Assembly (NCBI GenBank): GCA_007375645.1
Contig: VMER01000003.1
Coordinates: 81,553-145,552 of the forward strand
DNA: 64,000 bases
Direction of reading: 5' to 3'
Origin: Parcubacteria group bacterium LiPW_15
GTDB taxonomy: Bacteria; Patescibacteriota; Minisyncoccia; UBA6257; 2-01-FULL-56-20
Shown here: positions 28,996 through 37,736 of the stretch, in pieces
Layout of the letters: every line of letters starts with the position of its first letter
Numbering within the stretch: the stretch's first letter is position 1
The notes under the pieces: generated by a model
What the model saw: the letters and a program-made list of their open reading frames with translations, nothing else
Databases searched by the model: none
Told to the model about the DNA's origin: nothing
Translations under genes and position numbers: made by a program

Positions 28996-29115
28996 GCGGA
29001 TTCAAATGTAATGGGCAGAATACAATGTGCGGGGGGGGTACATCGTGCAGAATGCACAGAATACGCGCGGAATGCACGGCAAAAAAACAGCAAAAAACAA
29101 TGATGAGGGCGGGGG

Positions 29116-29694
29116 TTAAAAAAGCGGCGCGGTAACCGTCTTGGGCGCAAAGCGAACCTTGTTAACTTCGCCGGTTTTCTTGTTTGGCACCAAGAGCTCC
29201 TTTTCTTTTAAGTAGAGATCATAAAGCTGTTTGGTCAATTCCACGTCCTTCAAACAATATTTTTTTAGCTCATCGATCTTTCCCTCCTCATACAGTCCGA
29301 TAGCTTCGGAACCGTGGCCGGTCTTTCCGACTCCCAGGTTCGCTTCGGCGAGCCGCGAAAGACTGATCCTCTCACCGGTGGCCATTTCTATCTCGTGCAA
29401 CAGATCCACCCGTTCTTTCTGCCAAAGGTCCAGTCCCTCCTGGTTAAGCTTTTGGAAATAAAGATTTAGGACCGGAGTGTCGTAGCGGTTGGAAGAGAAC
29501 CCGACAATACGCGCGCTTTTTTTGAAAAGTTCGGCGAGTTTGTCCATCTCGGTTTCTTCATAGCAGTAATATTTGTCCTCCAAATAGGAATAAACTCCGA
29601 CCACGGAAATTTTTAAGGCGCCGTAATTATCCCAGCCCACGCCCGGGGAGGTAAAAAAATTCTGGGTTTCTATGTCGAAAACAAGAGTATCCAT
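29116..29694 (-). CDS. RNase H-like / DnaQ-like 3'-5' exonuclease domain protein
   Basis: VFDIETQNF (Exo I-like DxE), YDTPVLN, then a C-terminal acidic/Lys-rich region. Confidence 0.5.
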   Translation of the reverse strand: MDTLVFDIETQNFFTSPGVGWDNYGALKISVVGVYSYLEDKYYCYEETEMDKLAELFKKSARIVGFSSNRYDTPVLNLYFQKLNQEGLDLWQKERVDLLHEIEMATGERISLSRLAEANLGVGKTGHGSEAIGLYEEGKIDELKKYCLKDVELTKQLYDLYLKEKELLVPNKKTGEVNKVRFAPKTVTAPLF

Positions 29695-29744
29695 ATAATC
29701 TTTTCTTGGCTGGTAGTCTATAACTTAAGACCCCAAAAAGCAAT

Positions 29745-30260
29745 TTAGGAGGTGTGCCTGTCGGCGGCGGAAGAAGCGGCGTAGCTCATAGGCTTTGTCT
29801 GGGGAACAAAGTTGTTTCCCAAAATCATTCCCACCACTTCCTGGAACATGGTCTTTGTGTCCCCTTCCTTGCCCACATCCGCGTGAACCTCAAAACTCCA
29901 CTTCGGAACCTCGTCCTCCGGAAGATTCTTTTCTTCCACCTGCAAAGCGGCGAGGATGTCTCGCGCCGCATCAATAGAGATCAAAACTTCGCGGATTATC
30001 CTGTCGCGCAAAGTGTGAAACGGACCGTCATCCATATTCCGCCAAAAATAACGCGCGCCGCGCCCCACGCGATGAACCACCACCGCGGTCACCAGATTGG
30101 CGTGCTTGGTCGCTCCCGAAAGCTCGGAGTCCGTGCCTACGGAAATTTTATAAAAATTATCGGGCACTTCTTTCATGTACGAAAAAATCTCGAGGATAAG
30201 CTCTTTAACTTCCAGCATTTGTCCGTTCGCCGTTTTGAATTTCGCGTCCATGAGTCCCAA
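29745..30260 (-). CDS. YkuK/DUF458-like (RNase H-like fold) protein
   Basis: ISVGTDSE..NLVTAVVVHRVGRGARYFW resembles the YkuK family (FVGSDSQ..). Recalled from memory, not searched. Confidence 0.4.
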   Translation of the reverse strand: MGLMDAKFKTANGQMLEVKELILEIFSYMKEVPDNFYKISVGTDSELSGATKHANLVTAVVVHRVGRGARYFWRNMDDGPFHTLRDRIIREVLISIDAARDILAALQVEEKNLPEDEVPKWSFEVHADVGKEGDTKTMFQEVVGMILGNNFVPQTKPMSYAASSAADRHTS

Positions 30261-30496
30261 TATACGCGCGTTCTAAAGAGAACGTCAACCCTGTAGTAGA
30301 ATTTCGTTCACGCTTGCCGGTTTTAAAAAGTATTTACGAAAAAATCTCTTGGAAGACTAATTGGCGAAGATCTCCGCAAAATTGTTGAACCGCGTGACAA
30401 AATCGAACGAAATTTCACTACGGGGTCAAATATTTGCGAGATAAAACCCTTTTTGCTAATATCAAAGAAGCTCCTGCTGAGCAGAAGGGAGGGTTA

Positions 30497-30517
30497 ATGA
30501 AGAAGACCGCCACGTAG
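30497..30517 (+). other. 6-codon sORF (MKKTAT) with a perfect SD, inside a promoter-to-terminator unit
   Basis: TTGCGA-N17-TAATAT at 30434-30462, GGGAGGG 5 nt upstream of the ATG at 30497, and a rho-independent terminator at 30575-30603. Confidence 0.35.
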
Positions 30518-30593
30518 ACGAAGCGGCCGATTCAGAAGACACGACCCAAGCCCAGAAAGCAACCCATGAACCGGCCTCCCCCTCGCGGGGAGG

Positions 30594-31487
30594 TCATCTT
30601 TTTATTGAATACCTTACCTCGCGCAACAGATCGCCTAATTCCTTTTTTGTTTTTGCCTCCGCATTGAATCTCAAGAGCGATTCGGTATTCGAGGGGCGGA
30701 CGTTGAACCAGAAGTCTTTTGCCTCCACGCTTAATCCATCCAAGGTCGAAACCTTCCCGCGCCTCATATAGATCTTCTTTATTTTGGCGATAATTTTGCC
30801 GGCATCTTTGACTTTGAAATTCAGTTCGCCCGAAGAATAGTGCTTGGGCAGGGAATCCAGCCACCCGGAAAGTTTCTGCCCCCTCTTTTTGAGGGCGGAA
30901 ACACAAGAAGCGAATTCGATCAGGGCCCGAAGCGCGGAATCGTAATGAGCTCTCCGCTTGCCGAAGGAAAACTCGAAATAATAGTGGCCGGATGGTTCCG
31001 CCGCAAACTTTGCGTGAGCCACCCGCATCTTCTGTTTTATAAAATAGTGGCCAACGGGACTCCATCGGATATTTTTCGGACTCAACGCTTTCCGCCAAGT
31101 CCAGCCGGAAGCCGGGGTTACAACAAAGGGCGGTTTGAAGTTCCTTGAGATAAGAAGCGCCGCCGCATCCGGACTTACGCTCCGCCCCAGATCATCCACG
31201 AAAAAGATCCTGTCCCCATCCCCATCAAATACTGCTCCGAAATCCGCACCCAACTTTTTAACGGCGCGGGAAAGTTCTCTTTCCGAATGCGCCCCCATCG
31301 GATCCGGACCATGCGCCGGAAAATTGCCGTCGGGAATGCCATTCAGGATCTTCAGCTTAAGGCGCGTTCCGCCTAAAACTTTTAGGATCGGACCGGCGCT
31401 TCCGTCGGAGGCATCGGCGACCGCGAAAACAGTCTTCGTCGGACGAAAGAATTTTAAAAGGTACGCGGCGTAATCGCGATAGGTCAT
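30594..31487 (-). CDS. phosphoglucomutase/phosphomannomutase family, C-terminal part (domains II-IV)
   Basis: ..VFAVADASDGSAGP..GIPDGNFPAHGPDP..FDGDGDRIFFVDDLG.. Its start overlaps the upstream ORF's stop (ATGA) at an A6 run. Confidence 0.7.
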   Translation of the reverse strand: MTYRDYAAYLLKFFRPTKTVFAVADASDGSAGPILKVLGGTRLKLKILNGIPDGNFPAHGPDPMGAHSERELSRAVKKLGADFGAVFDGDGDRIFFVDDLGRSVSPDAAALLISRNFKPPFVVTPASGWTWRKALSPKNIRWSPVGHYFIKQKMRVAHAKFAAEPSGHYYFEFSFGKRRAHYDSALRALIEFASCVSALKKRGQKLSGWLDSLPKHYSSGELNFKVKDAGKIIAKIKKIYMRRGKVSTLDGLSVEAKDFWFNVRPSNTESLLRFNAEAKTKKELGDLLREVRYSIKR

Positions 31488-31888
31488 TTTTTAGCGGCTC
31501 TTTTCTGAACCATTTTCCAAATATCTTTCCCGCTTATGGGTTCGGCATTCGCGCCGACCGCTTTAATGCCGTTGTATTCCTTGGGGTTGTGCGAGGCGGT
31601 CACCATCACACCGCCTTTGGCGCCCACCCGATTGACCAGAAAATACAGAAGCGGGGTGGTTATAAGGCCAACCTTGATAAGCGTTATCTTGGAATCGTTT
31701 TTATCCAATCCGCGGATGACGGCCCGGTAGAGTTTGGGTGAGCTTTTGCGCGCGTCATGGCCCACAACTATTTCTCCGGAACGGAAATGCGCGGCCAAAA
31801 CTCCGGAAATTATCTCCGCGTTTTTTTCATTTATCTCTTTGGGATATTTCCCCCGAACGTCGTAGGACTTAAAAATAGATTTATCCAC
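31484..31888 (-). CDS. phosphoglucomutase/phosphomannomutase family, N-terminal domain I with the active-site Ser
   Basis: GGVMVTASHNP phosphoserine loop. Adding one A at the A6 run (31487-31492) fuses it in frame with 30594..31487 to give an about 432-aa protein. Confidence 0.7.
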   Translation of the reverse strand: MDKSIFKSYDVRGKYPKEINEKNAEIISGVLAAHFRSGEIVVGHDARKSSPKLYRAVIRGLDKNDSKITLIKVGLITTPLLYFLVNRVGAKGGVMVTASHNPKEYNGIKAVGANAEPISGKDIWKMVQKRAAKK

Positions 31889-31982
31889 GAGTTAATTATA
31901 TAACATCTCCCGGCTATCCAATATTTTGATAAAAAAAGTGGGGAGGCAACGTGCCTCCCCGAATGGGACTGACTGACGACCC

Positions 31983-32546
31983 TTACGCCTCCTCGTCCAC
32001 GATCGACGACGACTCCGCCGGCCCCTCGGGGTCCTCGGGAACCTCGACGGCCTCGGGGACGTCGGGGGTCTCGGGAGGGCCAGAGAAGAGCGCGACGAGT
32101 CCGTGGAGCTCCGCGATCTCGCGCTTGAACTTGCCGATGGACTCGTACTCCGTGGCGACCTTCGCCTTGAGCCACTCGATGCTGGCGCTGGCCTCCTTGA
32201 TCCGCTCCTCGCTCCTCCGGTGATACTCGAAGAGATTAGTGATCCTCCCGTCCACGTCCTCGGCCACCACGTTCTGGAATCCGAGGACACCCACGACGAC
32301 CCCCAAGACGGTGCTCGCGCCGTCCGCGTTCTTCACGAACTTGGCAGCGGCGAACGCCTCCCGGAGGCCGAAGCGCTTCAGGTTGTTCGCGTAGGCGATG
32401 CCCTCCGCGAACTTCACGTCGGCCAGCTTGATCTTCTCGTCCAGCGTCTTCTGGTTGAAGGCTTCCTTCTGGAACTTCAGCAGCAGGCCGGTGGCAAAGA
32501 GCATGACGGCGACGGTGAGAAGGACGGAAATGACGATGGGAAACAT
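31983..32546 (-). CDS. hypothetical membrane-anchored protein (weakly LemA-like) in an about 65 % GC patch
   Basis: N-terminal TM segment and an acidic C-terminal tail. Terminator at 31925-31958 on the minus strand. The many overlapping ORFs in other frames are judged spurious. Confidence 0.4.
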   Translation of the reverse strand: MFPIVISVLLTVAVMLFATGLLLKFQKEAFNQKTLDEKIKLADVKFAEGIAYANNLKRFGLREAFAAAKFVKNADGASTVLGVVVGVLGFQNVVAEDVDGRITNLFEYHRRSEERIKEASASIEWLKAKVATEYESIGKFKREIAELHGLVALFSGPPETPDVPEAVEVPEDPEGPAESSSIVDEEA

Positions 32547-32761
32547 GACTGGGGACCCTCCTTGTGCGGCTGTTGCCGCCTTGTTTTTTTGGATATCCGG
32601 TCTCGGCTTTGTGCCTCCACCGATTATCCAAGACTGGCAGAATTATAACCGATTAAACTTTTTTGTCAATACTTAAGCCCCGGGCCGATTAGCAAACCAG
32701 CCCTTTTTTGATTAGAATGTTATATAGAGAACCAAACACGGGTTCATTTTAGCTGCCACTA

Positions 32762-34861
32762 ATGTCCAAAAAGAAAAACAAAGAGAAAAGGATAGCAAGA
32801 GAAACGGAGGAAAGAGAAGAGTCCGACCGCCTCCATCCGCACACCAAAGAAAGCATCTGGGCCATAGTCTACGCGGGGCTAGGCGTAATTCTCGCCCTCG
32901 CGGGATTCCACACGGCCGGGCCGGCGGGAGAATTCCTGCTTTCTATCCTCACTAAGCTCTTCGGCATCGGCTACTATTTTCTGCCCCTTGCCCTTTTTGC
33001 TCTTGCGGCGATATTTTTGATATCTTCGAAACGCAGACTTATCGGTATAACCTCGCTTGGCGTCGGACTCGCAGTCCTCTCGCTTTTGGGACTCATCGAC
33101 ATATTCTACGTGGGACAGGGCGGATATCTGGGCATGACCCTCGGCGCCTTAAAATATCTTTTCGGATCCGCCGCGGCTGCCGTTATAAATGTCGGGATAT
33201 TCTGCATCTCGATACTCGTGGCAATGAATTCATCCATTAAATTCGACTGGTTCAAGAAAAAAGAAGACGAAGAAGAAATCGAAATACCGGAAGAACCCGA
33301 AGAAGAGCAAGAGGAAATAGAAAAGGAGGAAAAGCATCAAGAAAAAGAAGCGGAAGAAGAGGAAGAAGTAGAAGTGAAGGAAGCGCCGTCCCGATTCAAT
33401 ATTTTACCGAGCAAAAAATTCGTCGCGCCGAAAGTGGAAAATTATAATTTCCCGCCGCTTTCGCTTTTACAATCTAGCGTGGAGAAGCCGACCACCGGAG
33501 ACTTGCGCGCGAACGCCAACATTATTAAGCGCACGCTTGAGAGTTTCGGCATCTCCGTGGAAATGGGCGAAATAAATATCGGCCCCAAAGTTACCCGCTA
33601 CACCTTAAAACCTGCGGAAGGAATGAAGCTCTCCCGTATCACCGCCCTAGGACAAGATCTAGCCTTGGCTTTGGCGGCGCACCCCATACGCATTGAAGCT
33701 CCTATCCCCGGCAAATCTCTGGTCGGCATTGAAGTGCCGAATAAAGCCGCGGCGCTCGTCCGCCTCGGGAGCCTTATGAGCTTTAAAGATTTTTCCGGAG
33801 GCGGAGAATTGTCTTTCGCCCTCGGGCGGGATGTGACCGGAGAACCGATCTTCGCGGATATCGCCAAGATGCCCCACATATTGGTTGCGGGCGCCACCGG
33901 TTCCGGAAAATCCGTGGTCATTCACTCCATTCTTATTTCCATGCTTTATAAGAATAGCCCGGCAACCTTGCGGCTTATCCTTGTCGATCCGAAACGCGTG
34001 GAACTTTCCGCATACGCCGGACTCCCCCACTTGATCAGTCCGGTTATCACCGAGAACAAAAAGGCGATGAGCGTTTTTCGCTGGGCTCTTTCGGAGATGG
34101 ATCGCCGCTATGATGTGCTCCAAAAAGCCGGTAACCGTGACATTAAAAGCTACAACGCTTCGCACAAAGACGAAATATTACCGAGCATTCTTATTGTCAT
34201 CGACGAGCTGGCCGATTTGATGAGCACTTATGGACGCGAAGTTGAGGGCGCCATTGTGCGTCTGGCCCAAATGGCCCGCGCCACGGGAATTCACCTGGTG
34301 CTGTCGACCCAGCGCCCCTCGGTAGAGGTCATTACCGGGCTAATTAAAGCCAACATCCCCGCCCGCGTAGCACTCCAAGTCGCAAGCCAAATAGACTCTC
34401 GCACGATTCTTGACTCTGCCGGAGCGGAAAAACTTTTGGGCGGCGGAGATCTCCTATTCACCTCCGCGGAACTTTCTAAGCCCCGCCGCATCCAGGGTTC
34501 GTACGTTACCGAATCGGAAATAAATAAAGTTGCCGATTTCATCCGCGAGAATAACGAAGCGATGCTCTCAATCGGCGAATTGAACGTTGCTCCGGGAACC
34601 ACCGCACCGGAGAGCCAAGGCGAAGGAACATCAGACCCGTTCGACGCTTACCTTGAAGATGATTCCGATGAGTTGTACGATGAGGCCGTACGGGTGGTTT
34701 CCGAAGCCCAAAAGGCTTCGGCCTCGCTCCTGCAGCGCCGCCTTCAGGTAGGCTATGCCCGGGCCGCAAGACTATTGGACATAATGGAAGAGAAGGGGGT
34801 GATAGGCCCCGGAAACGGCGCAAAGCCCAGAGACGTGTTCGTGGAGAAGCCCGTCGACTAA
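32762..34861 (+). CDS. ftsK: DNA translocase FtsK/SpoIIIE
   Basis: N-terminal TM helices, an acidic linker, Walker A (GATGSGKS), and the C-terminal gamma winged-helix (..LLQRRLQVGYARAARLLD..). Confidence 0.85.
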   Translation: MSKKKNKEKRIARETEEREESDRLHPHTKESIWAIVYAGLGVILALAGFHTAGPAGEFLLSILTKLFGIGYYFLPLALFALAAIFLISSKRRLIGITSLGVGLAVLSLLGLIDIFYVGQGGYLGMTLGALKYLFGSAAAAVINVGIFCISILVAMNSSIKFDWFKKKEDEEEIEIPEEPEEEQEEIEKEEKHQEKEAEEEEEVEVKEAPSRFNILPSKKFVAPKVENYNFPPLSLLQSSVEKPTTGDLRANANIIKRTLESFGISVEMGEINIGPKVTRYTLKPAEGMKLSRITALGQDLALALAAHPIRIEAPIPGKSLVGIEVPNKAAALVRLGSLMSFKDFSGGGELSFALGRDVTGEPIFADIAKMPHILVAGATGSGKSVVIHSILISMLYKNSPATLRLILVDPKRVELSAYAGLPHLISPVITENKKAMSVFRWALSEMDRRYDVLQKAGNRDIKSYNASHKDEILPSILIVIDELADLMSTYGREVEGAIVRLAQMARATGIHLVLSTQRPSVEVITGLIKANIPARVALQVASQIDSRTILDSAGAEKLLGGGDLLFTSAELSKPRRIQGSYVTESEINKVADFIRENNEAMLSIGELNVAPGTTAPESQGEGTSDPFDAYLEDDSDELYDEAVRVVSEAQKASASLLQRRLQVGYARAARLLDIMEEKGVIGPGNGAKPRDVFVEKPVD

Positions 34862-34867
34862 AAGAAA

Positions 34868-35539
34868 ATGGAAAACGAATCCTTCAATATATTCCTCGGG
34901 GAGAAACTCCGGGATAAAAACATATCTATCGAAAAACTTTCGGAGCTTTCCGGAATTTCTATCAAGTATCTGGAAAATATGCTCAAAGGCGACCCGGAGC
35001 AACTTCCGCCGGCGCCATATCTCCGGGGTTATTTCGTTAAGCTTGGAGAAATTCTAAATTTTGACGGAGAAGAGATTTGGAAAACTTGGAATGTCAACGG
35101 GGAAGCCAAAAGGTCCGGCTCCGGCGATCGCCTGCCGGAAAACAGATTCGCGCGAAAGCCGATGGCAAAATACATCTGGCTTTCCATAATTCCGGCGCTT
35201 TTAATAATTTATTTTACAACGCAGTTGCCGCATATTTTTGGTACGCCCCTTCTTTATATCGAATATCCCAAAACCAACCCCACAACCTCTTTGACCGACC
35301 GGGTAACAATAAGCGGCACACTACAGAACGGAAAAGAACTATACATAAACAATGAGATGATTTCGGTGGAAGACAGCGGCGCCTGGGAGAAGGGCGTGCT
35401 TCTGCAGTCCGGACAGAACAACATAGAAATTCGGGCTAAAAAGTTTCTGGGGCGCGAGATAGTGGTGGAAAAACAGATATTCTACGAAGCTCCGGCAAAC
35501 GCCACGACAACCGCCAGCTCTACCCAAAAAACTCCGTAA
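34868..35539 (+). CDS. RodZ-like HTH (HTH_25-type) membrane protein
   Basis: N-terminal HTH with LPPAPYLRGYFVKLGEIL, then a single TM segment (YIWLSIIPALLIIYF), then a C-terminal periplasmic domain. Confidence 0.55.
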   Translation: MENESFNIFLGEKLRDKNISIEKLSELSGISIKYLENMLKGDPEQLPPAPYLRGYFVKLGEILNFDGEEIWKTWNVNGEAKRSGSGDRLPENRFARKPMAKYIWLSIIPALLIIYFTTQLPHIFGTPLLYIEYPKTNPTTSLTDRVTISGTLQNGKELYINNEMISVEDSGAWEKGVLLQSGQNNIEIRAKKFLGREIVVEKQIFYEAPANATTTASSTQKTP

Positions 35540-35593
35540 AACCGGGGTTTTTTGGTGTTTAAGCGCCGCGTTCCGCCGTGCTATAATTGCCTT

Positions 35594-36640
35594 ATGGCGC
35601 AAAAAAAATCTAAAGAAAAGGAAGTGGCAGGAGGCAAAGAGGGCATTGAATCTTTGATGCAATCCCTTCAAGAAAAATTCGGCGAAGGGGCGATAATGAC
35701 GCTCGGCGAGGCGAGACGGACTAATGTGTCCGTCATTCCCACCGGCTCTTTCTCCCTGGATATGGCGCTCGGGACCGGCGGACTCCCCCGCGGGAGGATC
35801 GTAGAAATATTCGGACCGGAATCTTCGGGAAAAACCACGCTGGCTCTTAATGTCGTAGCTCAGGCGCAAAAACAAGGAGGCCGGGCGGCCTTCATCGACG
35901 CGGAACACGCGCTTGATCCGGAATACGCGAAAAAACTCGGCGTTAAGATAAACGATCTTTTGATCTCCCAGCCGGATAACGGCGAAGACGCGTTAAACAT
36001 TTTGGAAAGTTTGGTTCGCTCCGGAATAATCTCGGTCGTGGTCGTGGACTCCGTCGCCGCCCTGACCCCGAAAGCGGAAATCGAAGGCGAGATGGGCGCA
36101 CCGCACATGGCGCTCCAGGCCAGAATGATGGGCCAGGCGCTCAGGAAATTAACCGCTATCGCCGCCAAAGGAAACACACTCATAATTTTCATCAATCAGA
36201 TCCGCATGCAGGTCGGAGTTTTCTTCGGAAACCCGGAAACTACTCCCGGCGGCAGAGCTCTAAAGTTCGGCTCATCGGTTCGCATCGATATCAGGAGAAT
36301 CGCCCAGGTTAAAAAGGGAGACTTGGTCATCGGCAACCGCGTGAAAGCGAAGGTTGTAAAAAATAAAGTTGCCGCACCGTTCAGGGAAGCGGAGTTCGAT
36401 ATTCTTTTCGGCTCCGGTATTTCTTACGAGGGCGATGTATTGACCGCGGCTATCACAAAAGGCGTAGTCACAAAATCCGGCAACACCTATTCATTTGAAG
36501 GCGAGAAACTCGGCGTCGGAATGGAGGCCTCAAAAGAAAAATTGAAAGAGGAAAAGAAGCTCTTGACCGAGATAAAACAGAAGACGATCAAGGTAATGGA
36601 GGGCGCAGATGCAACTCCAAAGGAAGAAGAGGCTGAATAA
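35594..36640 (+). CDS. recA: recombinase RecA
   Basis: [12 protein letters not shown] Walker A and the L1/L2 loop context. ATG at 35594 ([10 protein letters not shown]..). Bidirectional terminator at 36654-36685. Confidence 0.9.
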   Translation: MAQKKSKEKEVAGGKEGIESLMQSLQEKFGEGAIMTLGEARRTNVSVIPTGSFSLDMALGTGGLPRGRIVEIFGPESSGKTTLALNVVAQAQKQGGRAAFIDAEHALDPEYAKKLGVKINDLLISQPDNGEDALNILESLVRSGIISVVVVDSVAALTPKAEIEGEMGAPHMALQARMMGQALRKLTAIAAKGNTLIIFINQIRMQVGVFFGNPETTPGGRALKFGSSVRIDIRRIAQVKKGDLVIGNRVKAKVVKNKVAAPFREAEFDILFGSGISYEGDVLTAAITKGVVTKSGNTYSFEGEKLGVGMEASKEKLKEEKKLLTEIKQKTIKVMEGADATPKEEEAE

Positions 36641-36653
36641 CTGGAACCAAATA

Positions 36654-36685
36654 AAAACACCCCGATCCGGATCGGGGTGTTTTTA
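36654..36685. terminator. bidirectional terminator after recA
   Basis: AAAAACACCCCGATC-CG-GATCGGGGTGTTTTT. Confidence 0.7.
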
Positions 36686-37684
36686 TAATCTCAAGAGCGC
36701 GGTTTTGAATGCGTCTTCGGAAGAGGCGATCACCAGATACCCCCCGCTGTTCAGGCCATATACGAATTCGGCAGGCTTCCCCTCAAAACCAAGTTTGCGC
36801 ACAGGCAATCCAGAGATCTGCGCATCCTCAAAGGCGGCGTCCCTCGCTCCCGGAGAGATCACGAACAAGGAATCAATAAAGTTATTTTCCGTCTCGAATT
36901 TGGCCACATCGCCTCCGACCAAAAGAGCATTGACTCCGGGCTTTAACTTCAAGATTATACCCGGCCAGACTCCCGCAGAATCTTTATAGACAAAAGAGGT
37001 AAAATCCGCCTCAAAATCAGATTGTAAAATATTCTTAGCCGAAAAATTTACTCCAAGCGCAGAGAGAAAGTCCGAAAACGCCAAATATTCGCCGGCCCGA
37101 TTTTTAAACTGCGTTTCGGTTATCGTGCCGGTAGCAAATCTAAAAGCCTCTTTCCACTGTTCCATTGTTGAGAGACCCGTGCTCTCAACCGGCAAAATAG
37201 GAAGGACCATATCGGGTTGAATCATGAAAAAAGTTTTGTGCGTCAACCTGCCGGTTTGCGCAGTAGGCTGAGACTGTCCCGTAGTCGTGGCTACAGCACC
37301 CCCTCCGACTGTGCCGGGCTTCTCCCCATTTTTAGAGACAAGGATAGGCAGAAAATAACCGACCGCAAAAAGCACAAGCGCGCCACCAACGCCCAAGAGA
37401 ACATATTTTAAGGTTTTGCTTTTTGGCGCGGTGCCCGAATCCGCAGAAACATTAGACTCCGGCGCCATCCCCTCTCGCGGAACAGAAAGCGATATTTTCC
37501 CGGAAATACCCAAAAGACCGCCGCCCTTGCCGATAGATTCTATATCGCTCGCCATCGTCCGCATTTTAATTTCCAAACTGGAAGGCGGAAGGTGCGGCAC
37601 GGATGTTGCGCCGAGGGTCGGATCATTCGGATCTCTGGGTTGTACCGGTTCAAATTCCTCCATTGCCTTAATTCTACCATACAA
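36683..37684 (-). CDS. hypothetical membrane-anchored secreted protein
   Basis: About 100 aa of cytoplasmic N-terminus, a TM segment (YVLLGVGGALVLFAVGYFLPILV), and an extracellular domain. Confidence 0.45.
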   Translation of the reverse strand: MYGRIKAMEEFEPVQPRDPNDPTLGATSVPHLPPSSLEIKMRTMASDIESIGKGGGLLGISGKISLSVPREGMAPESNVSADSGTAPKSKTLKYVLLGVGGALVLFAVGYFLPILVSKNGEKPGTVGGGAVATTTGQSQPTAQTGRLTHKTFFMIQPDMVLPILPVESTGLSTMEQWKEAFRFATGTITETQFKNRAGEYLAFSDFLSALGVNFSAKNILQSDFEADFTSFVYKDSAGVWPGIILKLKPGVNALLVGGDVAKFETENNFIDSLFVISPGARDAAFEDAQISGLPVRKLGFEGKPAEFVYGLNSGGYLVIASSEDAFKTALLRL

Positions 37685-37736
37685 AAATCCGCCCGACGCG
37701 AAAGCGTTTGGAGCGGATCTTTGAAAAATTCGCTAT

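Noticed and set aside
30532-31098. 188-aa minus-strand ORF
   Set aside because: It is an alternative frame inside the C-terminal PGM/PMM ORF, with no SD and a low-complexity translation.
31831-32676. Multiple Arg/Ser/Pro-rich ORFs on both strands (for example 31892..32290 minus, 32103..32648 plus, 32236..32631 minus)
   Set aside because: They are alternative frames and antisense of the 31983..32546 gene in an about 65 % GC patch. The translations are low-complexity, with no SDs. They are treated as GC-driven artefacts.
33598-34165. Antisense ORFs inside ftsK (33598..33921 and 33659..34165, minus strand)
   Set aside because: They lie inside a well-supported ftsK coding region.
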